This document shows positions 1 through 7,920 of a stretch of 28,829 nt of DNA, one piece after another. Position numbers and translations under genes: made by a program. The stretch lies in the NCBI GenBank assembly GCA_041498975.1, contig JBGQJI010000015.1:1-28829 (forward strand), written 5' to 3'. This stretch comes from Candidatus Methylomirabilis sp. (GTDB lineage: Bacteria; Methylomirabilota; Methylomirabilia; Methylomirabilales; Methylomirabilaceae). The stretch's first letter is position 1; each line of letters begins with the position of its first letter. Under the pieces are notes generated by a model that worked only from the letters and a program-made list of their open reading frames with translations, ran no database searches and was not told where the DNA came from.

Positions 1-448
1 CGACCGGGACATAATTGGCTTTGTAGATCAGGACGTCGGATGCCATCAGCACCGGATAACCCAGAAATCCGTAGGTGCTGAGGTCTTTGGTCGTCAGCTC
101 CTGCTGCTGCTCCTTGTACGTCGGATTTCGCTCCAGCCAGGGGACCGGTGTGATCATCGAGAGCATGAGATGAAGCTCCGCATGTTCGTGAAGCCGGGAC
201 TGCAGGAACAGGGGCGCCCGGGCAGTGTCGATCCCTGCGGCCAACATGTCCAGAACCATCTCGCGGATATTCTCCCGGATACTCTTCGTGTCCGCGTATT
301 CGGTCGTGAGGGCATGCCAGTCGGCCACGAAGAAGAAGCACTCGTACTCCTCCTGCAACCGGATCCAGTTATCCAGGGCCCCGAACAGGTGGCCCAGATG
401 AAGGCGCCCCGTCGGCCTCATCCCGCTCAAGACGCGACCACTCGACAT
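1..448 (-). CDS. trpS: Tryptophan--tRNA ligase, N-terminal part (runs off left edge)
   Basis: Not in the ORF track. Manual translation from ATG at 448 gives MSSGRVLSGMRPTGRLHLGHLFGALDNW (HIGH-like HLGH), followed by FFVADWHALT and FLGYPVLMASDVLIYKANYVPV, typical of TrpRS. GGAG lies upstream. Confidence 0.95.
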   Translation of the reverse strand, partial: MSSGRVLSGMRPTGRLHLGHLFGALDNWIRLQEEYECFFFVADWHALTTEYADTKSIRENIREMVLDMLAAGIDTARAPLFLQSRLHEHAELHLMLSMITPVPWLERNPTYKEQQQELTTKDLSTYGFLGYPVLMASDVLIYKANYVPV

Positions 449-469
449 CGATGGTGTGCTCCCTGTTCC

Positions 470-1114
470 TTATGATGCCCCCAGTAACAGACCGGCGACG
501 AGGGCGATGGGCGGCCAGATCAGCCGATCCACCGCACCGCTGAAGATCAAGACCAGCAGAATCACAAACCCGTATCGCTCCAGCCTGCCGTATGAGGCGG
601 CCTGACGTGGAGGCAGGAGGCCTGCCATGACGCGCCCCCCGTCGAGCGGCAACAAGGGAATGAGGTTGAAGATGGCCAGCGCCACGTTGATCAACACGCT
701 CCTATGCAGCATGAGATAGACCGGCGTCAGGAGTCCGAGCAGCCAGACGGACTCACCGCTTGCCCCAGCCCCCACGAAAAGATGAAGAGACCAGGCAGAC
801 ACCGCGGCCAGGATTAGGTTCGCGCCAGGTCCTGCCGCCGCCACCCAGACCATATCTCGCCTCGGATGTCGAAGGTTGGCGAAATTCACCGGAACCGGCT
901 TGGCCCAGCCAACAGGAGAGAAGATCAGGGCCAACGTGCCGATCGGATCAAGGTGGGCCAGGGGGTTGAACGTCAGGCGGCCCGACAGCCGCGCCGTCGG
1001 ATCGCCCAACTTGTCCGCGACCCAGCCATGGGCGTACTCATGAAACGTCAAGGCTGCCAGGATGGCCGGCAGCCTCACGCTCATGGACAGAATGAACTGC
1101 GTCGGATCAAACAT
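470..1114 (-). CDS. Site-2 protease (peptidase M50) family membrane metalloprotease
   Basis: HEYAH zinc motif, GWAKPVPVN, AGPGAN and NLIPLLPLDGG motifs; hydrophobic; sits directly upstream of trpS. Confidence 0.93.
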   Translation of the reverse strand: MFDPTQFILSMSVRLPAILAALTFHEYAHGWVADKLGDPTARLSGRLTFNPLAHLDPIGTLALIFSPVGWAKPVPVNFANLRHPRRDMVWVAAAGPGANLILAAVSAWSLHLFVGAGASGESVWLLGLLTPVYLMLHRSVLINVALAIFNLIPLLPLDGGRVMAGLLPPRQAASYGRLERYGFVILLVLIFSGAVDRLIWPPIALVAGLLLGAS

Positions 1115-1159
1115 GTCATTTCGATTCCCTTAGGATCGACGCGACGTCGATCTGAAACT

Positions 1160-1188
1160 ACCGTAACAGAGGGCACCACCCTTGTCAA
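1160..1188 (-). promoter_or_regulatory. Putative sigma70 promoter for the site-2 protease/trpS unit
   Basis: Minus strand TTGACA-17 nt-TACGGT, with a TG extended -10 dinucleotide, about 45 nt upstream of the ATG at 1114. Confidence 0.55.
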
Positions 1189-2558
1189 TCCTGAAGGCCC
1201 GTTCTGGCGAACCTCCGACGGACGAAGGAGATCTCATCCTGCCTGGTTCGCAAGCGACCGTCGAGCCGGCCCGAACGCAGCGCGGCAAAAATCTTTCGGA
1301 AGATGGGGCCGGGGCGGAACCCCAACCCTCGCAGGTCCTCCCCTTTGAGCAGCGGCGCGATCTCCCGGGAAGCGGTGAGGTACTCGGAGACCGCCTTCCG
1401 CTTCGGTCCCCTGTTGAGCGAAGCCAACACCAAGCCCCTGGCCTCCGGCGAGAGCGGATCGAGTAGCCGTCCGATCCGGCTTTGGCGAAGGTCCGTGGCC
1501 CGACACAACCGGCGCACGGTCCATCGGCAGGCCTCCAAGTCGGCCACAAGCTTCTCAGCGGATCGTCCGGGCGGGTTGAGCCTTCTGATGACCCCAACGA
1601 CAGCCCGAGGATGCAGGTGATAGAGCATCCCGAGGAGATATACCTCCCCAAGAGCCGGCGATTCCAACAGAGGCAGCGAACTGGACCGGGCGAGAACGCG
1701 TCGCAGACGGTCGAAGAGGCCGAAGGCCTCGTCAAGTTCTGCGAGCTTCGGGTGAACGGCCGCGAGCACGCCCAGCTCGCTCAGACGCCTGAACACGCGT
1801 GGGGCCGGAGGCTCTTCCCCGATCAGGAGCAGCTCGGTGAAGATCCTCGAACCGGCGAGCTGCCCGATCACTCCCCCACCCACTGCCGCCTCGATCAGCC
1901 TCACAGTCCCCCGAGCGATCACAAACCGGTATCGCGCTTCAAACCGAGCAGCCCTGAAAATCCTGGTGGGGTCGTCGATGAAGCTCCTCTCGTGCAGGAC
2001 CCTGATCCGACCCCGCCGCAGGTCCTCACATCCTCCCAAAGGATCGATGAGCGGTCCGAACCGACGGCGACCGACACGGGTTGCCATGGCGTTGATGCCG
2101 AAGTCTCGCCGCGCAAGATCGGCCAGGAGCGGGGCGGGGCGAACCTCGGGAAGGGCGGCAGATTGCGGGTACTGTTCAGTCCTCGCGCTGGCCAGGTCGA
2201 GGTTGATCTCGTCGGACAGGCGCAGGCGGGCGGTGCCGAACCGGGGGTGTGCCGTCACGGCCACCTTGAGGAAATCACCCACGCGCCGTGCGACGGCGAT
2301 GGCGTCCCCTTCGACGACGAGATCGATATCCATACTCCTGAGGCCCAGGAGCAGGTCCCGAACATAGCCGCCGACGGCATAGATGGGGGCTGGCGTTGCG
2401 GCCACGCGCGCCGCCTCAAGCGCCGTTCTCGTGACGGGGTCTAACTCTCGGAACCGAGGAAGTTGTCTCACACGGACGCAATCCGATTCTTGAAGGCTCG
2501 GATCCGATCCGCCGGTCTGGGGCAACGCGTCGCTATGCCCGAGGGTGGTAGCGGTCAT
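1185..2558 (-). CDS. Class II tRNA nucleotidyltransferase (CCA- or A-adding; poly(A) polymerase family)
   Basis: Motifs YAVGGYVRDLLLG..DIDLVV, ARTEQYPQSAALPEV loop, DLARRDFGINAMA and SFIDDPTRIFRAARF. The true start may be downstream of 2558, because this start overlaps xerD by 26 nt. Confidence 0.88.
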   Translation of the reverse strand: MTATTLGHSDALPQTGGSDPSLQESDCVRVRQLPRFRELDPVTRTALEAARVAATPAPIYAVGGYVRDLLLGLRSMDIDLVVEGDAIAVARRVGDFLKVAVTAHPRFGTARLRLSDEINLDLASARTEQYPQSAALPEVRPAPLLADLARRDFGINAMATRVGRRRFGPLIDPLGGCEDLRRGRIRVLHERSFIDDPTRIFRAARFEARYRFVIARGTVRLIEAAVGGGVIGQLAGSRIFTELLLIGEEPPAPRVFRRLSELGVLAAVHPKLAELDEAFGLFDRLRRVLARSSSLPLLESPALGEVYLLGMLYHLHPRAVVGVIRRLNPPGRSAEKLVADLEACRWTVRRLCRATDLRQSRIGRLLDPLSPEARGLVLASLNRGPKRKAVSEYLTASREIAPLLKGEDLRGLGFRPGPIFRKIFAALRSGRLDGRLRTRQDEISFVRRRFARTGLQD

Positions 2559-3420
2559 AGACCGCCTTCAGATGAGACCGCGAGACATGGGTGTAGATCT
2601 GTGTGGTGGAGATATCGGCGTGCCCCAGCATCATCTGAACCGCCCGAAGGTCAGCGCCACGCTCCAGGAGGTGTGTGGCAAAGGAATGGCGAAGCGTGTG
2701 GGGCGTCACCCGGCGGTCGATCCCGGCGGCTGCGCCATACGCCCGCAGGAGCTTCCAGAAACCCTGGCGCGTCAGAGGTCGCCCGAATCGGCTCAGGAAC
2801 AGCGACGGGCTCGACTGGCCCTTCGCGAGGAGCGGCCTCGCCGACGCCAGGTACCGGCGCACCCACGACTGGGCCTCGCCGCCCAGCGGAACCACCCGCT
2901 CCTTGGAGCCCTTCCCATGGCAGCGGACGTAGCCCACCTCCAGGTCCACATCCGCCAACCGGAGTGTCACCAGCTCCGACACCCGGAGGCCGGCCGCGTA
3001 CAGCAGTTCCAGCATCGCCTTGTCACGGATGCCTGCGTGACCGCTCGTGAGCGGCGCCGCCAACAGACGCTCCACCTCATCCTGGCTGAGCACCCCTGGC
3101 AAGCGCGCCCAGGGACTCGGGGACTCGAGGTGTGCGGTGGGGTCTTCTTTCATATGGCCCTGCGCCAGCAGGTAACGAAACAAACCGCGCAAGGACGCGA
3201 TGTGGCGCGCAACAGTCCGGGGAGCCAATCGCTCTTCGCGGAGCCAGAAGAGCAGACGCGCGACCAGCGCGCGATTCACCTCCGGGAAGGATCCGGCTCC
3301 TGCCTGCTTCAGGAAGCCCGCCGTCCGGCGCAGATCTCTTCTATATGCCGCAAGGCTGTTCTCGGCCAGCCCGCGCTCGACGGCCAGGTATGCGAGGTAG
3401 TCCGCGATTAACTGTTCCAT
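2533..3420 (-). CDS. xerD: Site-specific tyrosine recombinase XerD
   Basis: From ATG 3420 (MEQLIADYLAYLAVERGLAENSLAAYRRDL), 295 aa. Catalytic motifs GLRVSEL, GKGSKER, TPHTLRHSFATHLL, LGHADISTTQIYTHV. LTRQGFWK and the C-terminal HPRA are typical of XerD. The ORF-track extension to 3570 overlaps the upstream gene. Confidence 0.93.
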   Translation of the reverse strand: MEQLIADYLAYLAVERGLAENSLAAYRRDLRRTAGFLKQAGAGSFPEVNRALVARLLFWLREERLAPRTVARHIASLRGLFRYLLAQGHMKEDPTAHLESPSPWARLPGVLSQDEVERLLAAPLTSGHAGIRDKAMLELLYAAGLRVSELVTLRLADVDLEVGYVRCHGKGSKERVVPLGGEAQSWVRRYLASARPLLAKGQSSPSLFLSRFGRPLTRQGFWKLLRAYGAAAGIDRRVTPHTLRHSFATHLLERGADLRAVQMMLGHADISTTQIYTHVSRSHLKAVYDRYHPRA

Positions 3421-4613
3421 CGAGGCCCTTGAGGGCAGGATGGAGCCGCGTTCCGGCCGACAGCCTCCGCTGCCCGCATGAGAAGGCGCTCGTAGGCCGC
3501 AAGCAAGCTCCTGCTCGAGGTCTCCGCTGTCATCTGGATCGCCTTGGTCCTTCCCTGCTCCCCGTAGCAAGCCCGAATGTTCTTATCTCTGAGCAGCTCG
3601 ATTAGCCGACAGATGAAGTCGTCCTCGGAGTCCTCAGACAGCGCTCCGCTGATCCCATCTTCGATAAAGTCCGATGTACCGACCGATCGGATGGCAAGGA
3701 CGGGAAGCCCATGCGCCATTGCCTCGAGCACGACCAAGCCCTGGGTTTCGGAGACAGAGGGGAAGACGAAGAGATCTGCGGCCCGATACCAGTCGCTCAC
3801 AGCTTGGTGCGGGACCGGGCCCACGAAGCGGACGCGGTCGGCGATATCCAGGGCAGCGGCCAGCCGCCGTAAGGGCCGCTCCTCATCCCCCTCCCCAACG
3901 AGCAGTAGGATGACTTCGGGGGCCACAGGGACTGCGGCCCTCACCGCCCGCAGGAGCAACACGAGGTTCTTTTCCCTGGCGAGCCGACCCACGTACAGGA
4001 GGACCGGGCCATCCCCTGGGACACCGAGGCGGCGTCGGATGGACGCCCTCGATTCCCCGGGCAGACTCGGCAGCTCGACTCCCGTCGGGATCACCTCGAT
4101 GGGGACAGTGACGCCGTGGGCCAGTAGCCGCCCCAGCACCCCGGAGGTGGGAGCGATGACCAAATCGGCCCGGTTGGCAAAGGCGTAGCTCCTGGCCTCC
4201 CCGATCCTGCCAGCCAGCGCCGAGACGAGCGGCAGGTAATGGGCATAATGCTCGTACAGGGTATGATAGGTGAATACAAAGGGGACCCGCAGCCGACGCG
4301 CGAACCGGTACGCGTAAGGCCCGATGAGGAACGGGTGGTGAGCATGGATGATCTGGAGGCCTAGGCGCGGAATCACATGATGAAGCGCGCCGGCGGCCAC
4401 CGGGATCGGTATCGCATAACGGTGATGGGTGGGAACGCGAAGCGAGGGAAACCGATAGACATCCGGCTCCGTCTCCCGGTATCCAGGATAGCGCGGTGCG
4501 AAGATGATGACCCGGTGGCCAAGGCGGCGCAGGTGAGTGGCGTATTGCTGAATGGAGATCGCAAGGCCGTTCAGGAGCGGATAGGCGTTGCAGGTAAAAA
4601 ACCCGATGGTCAC
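3408..4613 (-). CDS. GT4 family glycosyltransferase (GT-B fold, similar to diacylglycerol alpha-glucosyltransferases)
   Basis: Probable GTG start at 4613 (MTIGFFTCNAYPLLNGLAISI). Motifs IIHAHHPF, TYHTLYEHY, YVGRLAREKN and FPSVSETQGLVVLEAMAHG (EX7E). The ORF-track N-terminal extension is translated heptamer repeat. Confidence 0.9.
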   Translation of the reverse strand: MTIGFFTCNAYPLLNGLAISIQQYATHLRRLGHRVIIFAPRYPGYRETEPDVYRFPSLRVPTHHRYAIPIPVAAGALHHVIPRLGLQIIHAHHPFLIGPYAYRFARRLRVPFVFTYHTLYEHYAHYLPLVSALAGRIGEARSYAFANRADLVIAPTSGVLGRLLAHGVTVPIEVIPTGVELPSLPGESRASIRRRLGVPGDGPVLLYVGRLAREKNLVLLLRAVRAAVPVAPEVILLLVGEGDEERPLRRLAAALDIADRVRFVGPVPHQAVSDWYRAADLFVFPSVSETQGLVVLEAMAHGLPVLAIRSVGTSDFIEDGISGALSEDSEDDFICRLIELLRDKNIRACYGEQGRTKAIQMTAETSSRSLLAAYERLLMRAAEAVGRNAAPSCPQGPRWNS

Positions 4614-4617
4614 AGAT

Positions 4618-4719
4618 GTTCCGAGTCTCGGGTTTCGGGTTTCGGGTTTCGGGTCCAAGCGTGAACGCCCGAACTTCTCATTGTCTGTAACCCGAAACAA
4701 GAAACTCGGAACCCGCAAC
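4618..4719. repeat. Inverted pair of heptamer tandem arrays
   Basis: Left arm 4618-4654: tccgagt ctcgggt ttcgggt ttcgggt ttcgggt. Right arm 4689-4719: aacccga aacaaga aactcgg aacccgc aac (reverse complement of the same unit). It fills the gap between the GT2 and GT4 genes. Confidence 0.9.
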
Positions 4720-4722
4720 TAT

Positions 4723-6297
4723 TCATTTGCGTGTGATCTCCGTGCGGGTGATGGGGATCCCCAGGGCCAGCCGGGCTTGCGTGTAAAGCTGCGCCGAGGC
4801 CATCAGGAAATAGTTGTGCAGGTTTACCGGGGTGAAGGTGAGGCGGAACCACTCGAAGACCTTCCTGGCCCGCCGCCAGCGACGGGGCGGACGCTGGTAG
4901 ATGATTGGTTTCAGCGTGTGCGGCACCAACACCATGCCCAACAGCATCGAGGAGGTCAGTACGATGGTCTGGAAACGGAGATTGAAGGCGGCCAGCCGGC
5001 TGACGCACAGGCTCTTTGTCCCGATCCGCAGGGCCAGGACATCGGGTGAGAGGAACACCTGGAAGGGCCAGAGTTCCCTGACACATGGGCTAATCCAGGA
5101 GATCAGGATCAGTTGTGCCGGCAGAAAGACCATGAGGGGCGGCATCGCATTGGCAAACAGTGCCCGGAGCGACAGGAACGACTTTCGCTTGACCAGTGGC
5201 AGCCTGCGGAAGTCGAATCTTCGCACGTAGTTCACCACGAATTTGACGTCCACCGCGCCGCGAGCCCAGCGGGCGATCTGACTCCACGACTCCTTACTCG
5301 TCAGGGGCGCCTGTCCCCAGGTAGGCATCTTGAGGGGAGCCACGCGAAACCCTTCCATGACGACCTTGTACCGGAACTGCATGTCCTCGTTATGACGGTT
5401 TGGCTCGAAATAATCCACCGACTGAAAATCGCGGAAAGGTAGACTGGTCCCGGGACCCAGGACCAGATAATCGCCCGAGGTCTGCATCTTCCCCATCTGG
5501 TACAGGACGAACCCAGAATTGTGGAGACGCGGCAGCATCGGAACCTTCCAGTAGTTCGAGGTATAGGTGGTAAGCGACTGGAGGACGACGCCCCTGTCGC
5601 CCCTCGCGATCGCGCGTCCGAACTCCTGCTGATGGCAATACTCACGGAAGGCGAGGTCCTGTGGGTGCAGAATGGTGTCAGCATCGATGATCAGGACCTT
5701 GAGATCGTCTGCGCTGCACGCCCCGTCATCGATCCGACGGGCCAGCCATCGGGCGGCGGTGCTGATCGATGTCGCCTTACACCTGTTCATCATCGCGTCG
5801 GTGGGATAGGTGAAGAGCTCGATCCTCAGTCTCCGCTCGAAGGTCGGGAGGATCTCCTTGAGCTTATCAAGCGTCTCCCAGTCTTCCGCTTCCACGATCG
5901 GAATCAGCGTCATCTTCCCCGGCGGATAGTTTTGCCGCTGAACCGAGAGCATCGTCTGAAACAACACGTGGCGATTGGTCTCTCGCTTCAGCGGCATGAA
6001 AATCGCGTAATGGTGAAAGGAGTGGCCGGAGTCCTGAAGTTTGCCGCGCCAATCGGTTTCCATGTTGGCCAACAGCTCCTGCCGGGTTTTGTGGGCTCTG
6101 ACCTGATTAACGACCAGATACCCGATCCAGATGCTGATGACAAGAAACCGGAAGATTTCAGCCCAGAACGGATCAGGGGGAAGGTATCGGAGCACCGGAT
6201 AGATCGAGAGCAGCAGGAGGGTGGTCAGGATCGGCAGGACATCCAGGATCCGTTGGCCCACCCCGAAGACCGGGAAGGAACCGGCACGCGCCGTCAT
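4723..6297 (-). CDS. Membrane-embedded GT2 family glycosyltransferase (cellulose-synthase-like catalytic motifs)
   Basis: Two N-terminal hydrophobic helices, DxD (IIDADTILH), NED, QxxRW (QIARW) and several C-terminal hydrophobic segments. GGGAG lies upstream of the ATG. Confidence 0.85.
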   Translation of the reverse strand: MTARAGSFPVFGVGQRILDVLPILTTLLLLSIYPVLRYLPPDPFWAEIFRFLVISIWIGYLVVNQVRAHKTRQELLANMETDWRGKLQDSGHSFHHYAIFMPLKRETNRHVLFQTMLSVQRQNYPPGKMTLIPIVEAEDWETLDKLKEILPTFERRLRIELFTYPTDAMMNRCKATSISTAARWLARRIDDGACSADDLKVLIIDADTILHPQDLAFREYCHQQEFGRAIARGDRGVVLQSLTTYTSNYWKVPMLPRLHNSGFVLYQMGKMQTSGDYLVLGPGTSLPFRDFQSVDYFEPNRHNEDMQFRYKVVMEGFRVAPLKMPTWGQAPLTSKESWSQIARWARGAVDVKFVVNYVRRFDFRRLPLVKRKSFLSLRALFANAMPPLMVFLPAQLILISWISPCVRELWPFQVFLSPDVLALRIGTKSLCVSRLAAFNLRFQTIVLTSSMLLGMVLVPHTLKPIIYQRPPRRWRRARKVFEWFRLTFTPVNLHNYFLMASAQLYTQARLALGIPITRTEITRK

Positions 6298-6410
6298 ATT
6301 GGTTGGACTCCCGAGAAGTGATTCAGCGCTGTGCGCCCTCGACGAACAGCATCATGAGCCGATCCTCTTCGAGGGCGATCGCCGCCTCTTGCTGAGATGC
6401 TCGAATCAAA

Positions 6411-6438
6411 ATTCTACCGCTATGCCGCAGGGTGTCAA
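6411..6438 (-). promoter_or_regulatory. Putative sigma70 promoter for the GT2-GT4-xerD unit
   Basis: Minus strand TTGACA-16 nt-TAGAAT in the 201-nt gap downstream of the second response regulator. Confidence 0.7.
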
Positions 6439-6498
6439 TATATTTCTGGCGCTGTTCGCCCCCTGCCAGCAAGAGCCCCGTCCAATGGAGGCGCTCTT

Positions 6499-7908
6499 TC
6501 ACTTGGTTCGCCGCCCGCGAGGCTCGCCGGCCCCCTCCTCAGAAGCCAACTCAATCCCGTACTCCTCGATCTTGGCCTGCAAGGCCTTGTAGCTCACCTT
6601 GAGCTGTTCAGCAGCCCTCTGTCTATTACCCCCCACGCGAGCCAGCGTCCGGCGAATGCACTCTGCCTCAGCCTGCCGGCCGGCCCTGGCGGCGGCCTCC
6701 TGAAGACTCTCTCCGTAGGCGGCCTCGTCAGTCACTGGCGTCTCCGAAAGACCAAAGGCGAAATCGGAAGGCTGCAGCATCTCCCCGGAGGTCAGTATAA
6801 CACCCCGCTCCACAAAGTTTTCCAGCTCGCGGATGTTTCCCGGCCAGGAGTACTGCATCAGCAACTTGAGGGCGGGCTTACTGATTCCCCGAACCTGGCG
6901 TCGGGTCTCCATCGCATACTTCGCGATGAAATGCTCCACCAGAGCAGGGATGTCCTCCGGTCGCTCGCGCAAGGGAGGAATTGGGACAGGGAAGACATTG
7001 AGGCGGAAATAGAGATCTTCGCGAAACTTGCGCTCCCGGATCGCTCTCGCCAAATCGGCATTCGAGGCGGCCACGACCCGGACATCGACGTCAATGGTGC
7101 GCGTACCGCCTATCCGCTCGAAGGTCCGCTCCTGCAGCACCCGCAGCAGCTTGGCCTGGACGGCAGGCGAGAGTTCGCTGACCTCATCCAGAAGCACGGT
7201 CCCCCCGTCGGCCAGTTCGAATTTGCCCGGCTTGGCGCCGGTTGCCCCGGTGAAGGCACCCCGCTCATGGCCGAACAGCTCGCTCTCGAGCAGGGTATCG
7301 GGGATGGCGGCGCAGTTGATGGCGACAAAGGGACGAGCCCGTCGAGGGCTCTTGTGGTGGAGCGCGCGGGCGAACAACTCTTTTCCCGTCCCGCTCTCCC
7401 CCAGCAGCAGCACGGTGGCGTTGCTCGCGGCGACCTTCTGGATGAGTGCCAAGACCTCCTGAATTTTCTTGCTGTTGCCGATGATCGTTGGGGCTCCGAG
7501 CTTGTCGGCAAAACCTTCCTTCAGGATCAGGTTCTCTGTGACCAGTCTGGACTGCGAGATGGCCCGCTCGATCTCAAGCAGCAGGTGATCGCTATCGAAC
7601 GGCTTGGCGATAAAGTGGTAGGCGCCCCCCTTCACCGCCTGGACGGCCAGATCGATCGTCCCGAAGGCAGTCATCATAATGACCGGCAGGTGCGGGGAGG
7701 CTTCTCTTGCCGCCCGCAGAACGGCCATCCCGTCTTTCTTCGGAAGCTTCAGATCGGTCAGCACCAGATCAAACCGGCCCAGTCCCAGTTTCCTCACCGC
7801 CTCGTCGCCGTCGGGGGCCTCCTCCACGGTGTACTTCGCCCGCTCCAGCGTCTGCCGGAGCATCCGTCGCATGCTCTCTTTGTCCTCGACTACCAGGATG
7901 CGACTCAT
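6499..7908 (-). CDS. Sigma54-dependent NtrC/Fis-family response regulator (positional equivalent of Myxococcus PilR2)
   Basis: Receiver domain (ILVVED, LTDLKLP, KPF), Walker A GESGTGKE, GAFTGA, Walker B LLDEV, WPGNIRELEN and a C-terminal HTH. Confidence 0.93.
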   Translation of the reverse strand: MSRILVVEDKESMRRMLRQTLERAKYTVEEAPDGDEAVRKLGLGRFDLVLTDLKLPKKDGMAVLRAAREASPHLPVIMMTAFGTIDLAVQAVKGGAYHFIAKPFDSDHLLLEIERAISQSRLVTENLILKEGFADKLGAPTIIGNSKKIQEVLALIQKVAASNATVLLLGESGTGKELFARALHHKSPRRARPFVAINCAAIPDTLLESELFGHERGAFTGATGAKPGKFELADGGTVLLDEVSELSPAVQAKLLRVLQERTFERIGGTRTIDVDVRVVAASNADLARAIRERKFREDLYFRLNVFPVPIPPLRERPEDIPALVEHFIAKYAMETRRQVRGISKPALKLLMQYSWPGNIRELENFVERGVILTSGEMLQPSDFAFGLSETPVTDEAAYGESLQEAAARAGRQAEAECIRRTLARVGGNRQRAAEQLKVSYKALQAKIEEYGIELASEEGAGEPRGRRTK

Positions 7909-7920
7909 GCGGCAACCACC

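Noticed and set aside
449..469. T-box or attenuator upstream of trpS
   Set aside because: Only 21 nt separate trpS from the protease gene, leaving no room or motif.
2533..3420. Tyrosine recombinase as the integrase of a genomic island ending here
   Set aside because: Length and motifs fit housekeeping XerD, embedded among housekeeping genes. No att-like direct repeats or tRNA target were seen.
4614..4718. ORF-track N-terminal extensions of GT4 (also xerD 3421-3570, aroE 24655-24783, glnD 27506-27646, pilA 13668-13685)
   Set aside because: They translate repeats or overlap neighbouring genes. Family-typical N-termini and better RBS positions lie downstream.
4618..4719. Repeat arrays as CRISPR
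   Set aside because: Units are 7 bp, contiguous and degenerate, with no spacers and no cas genes.
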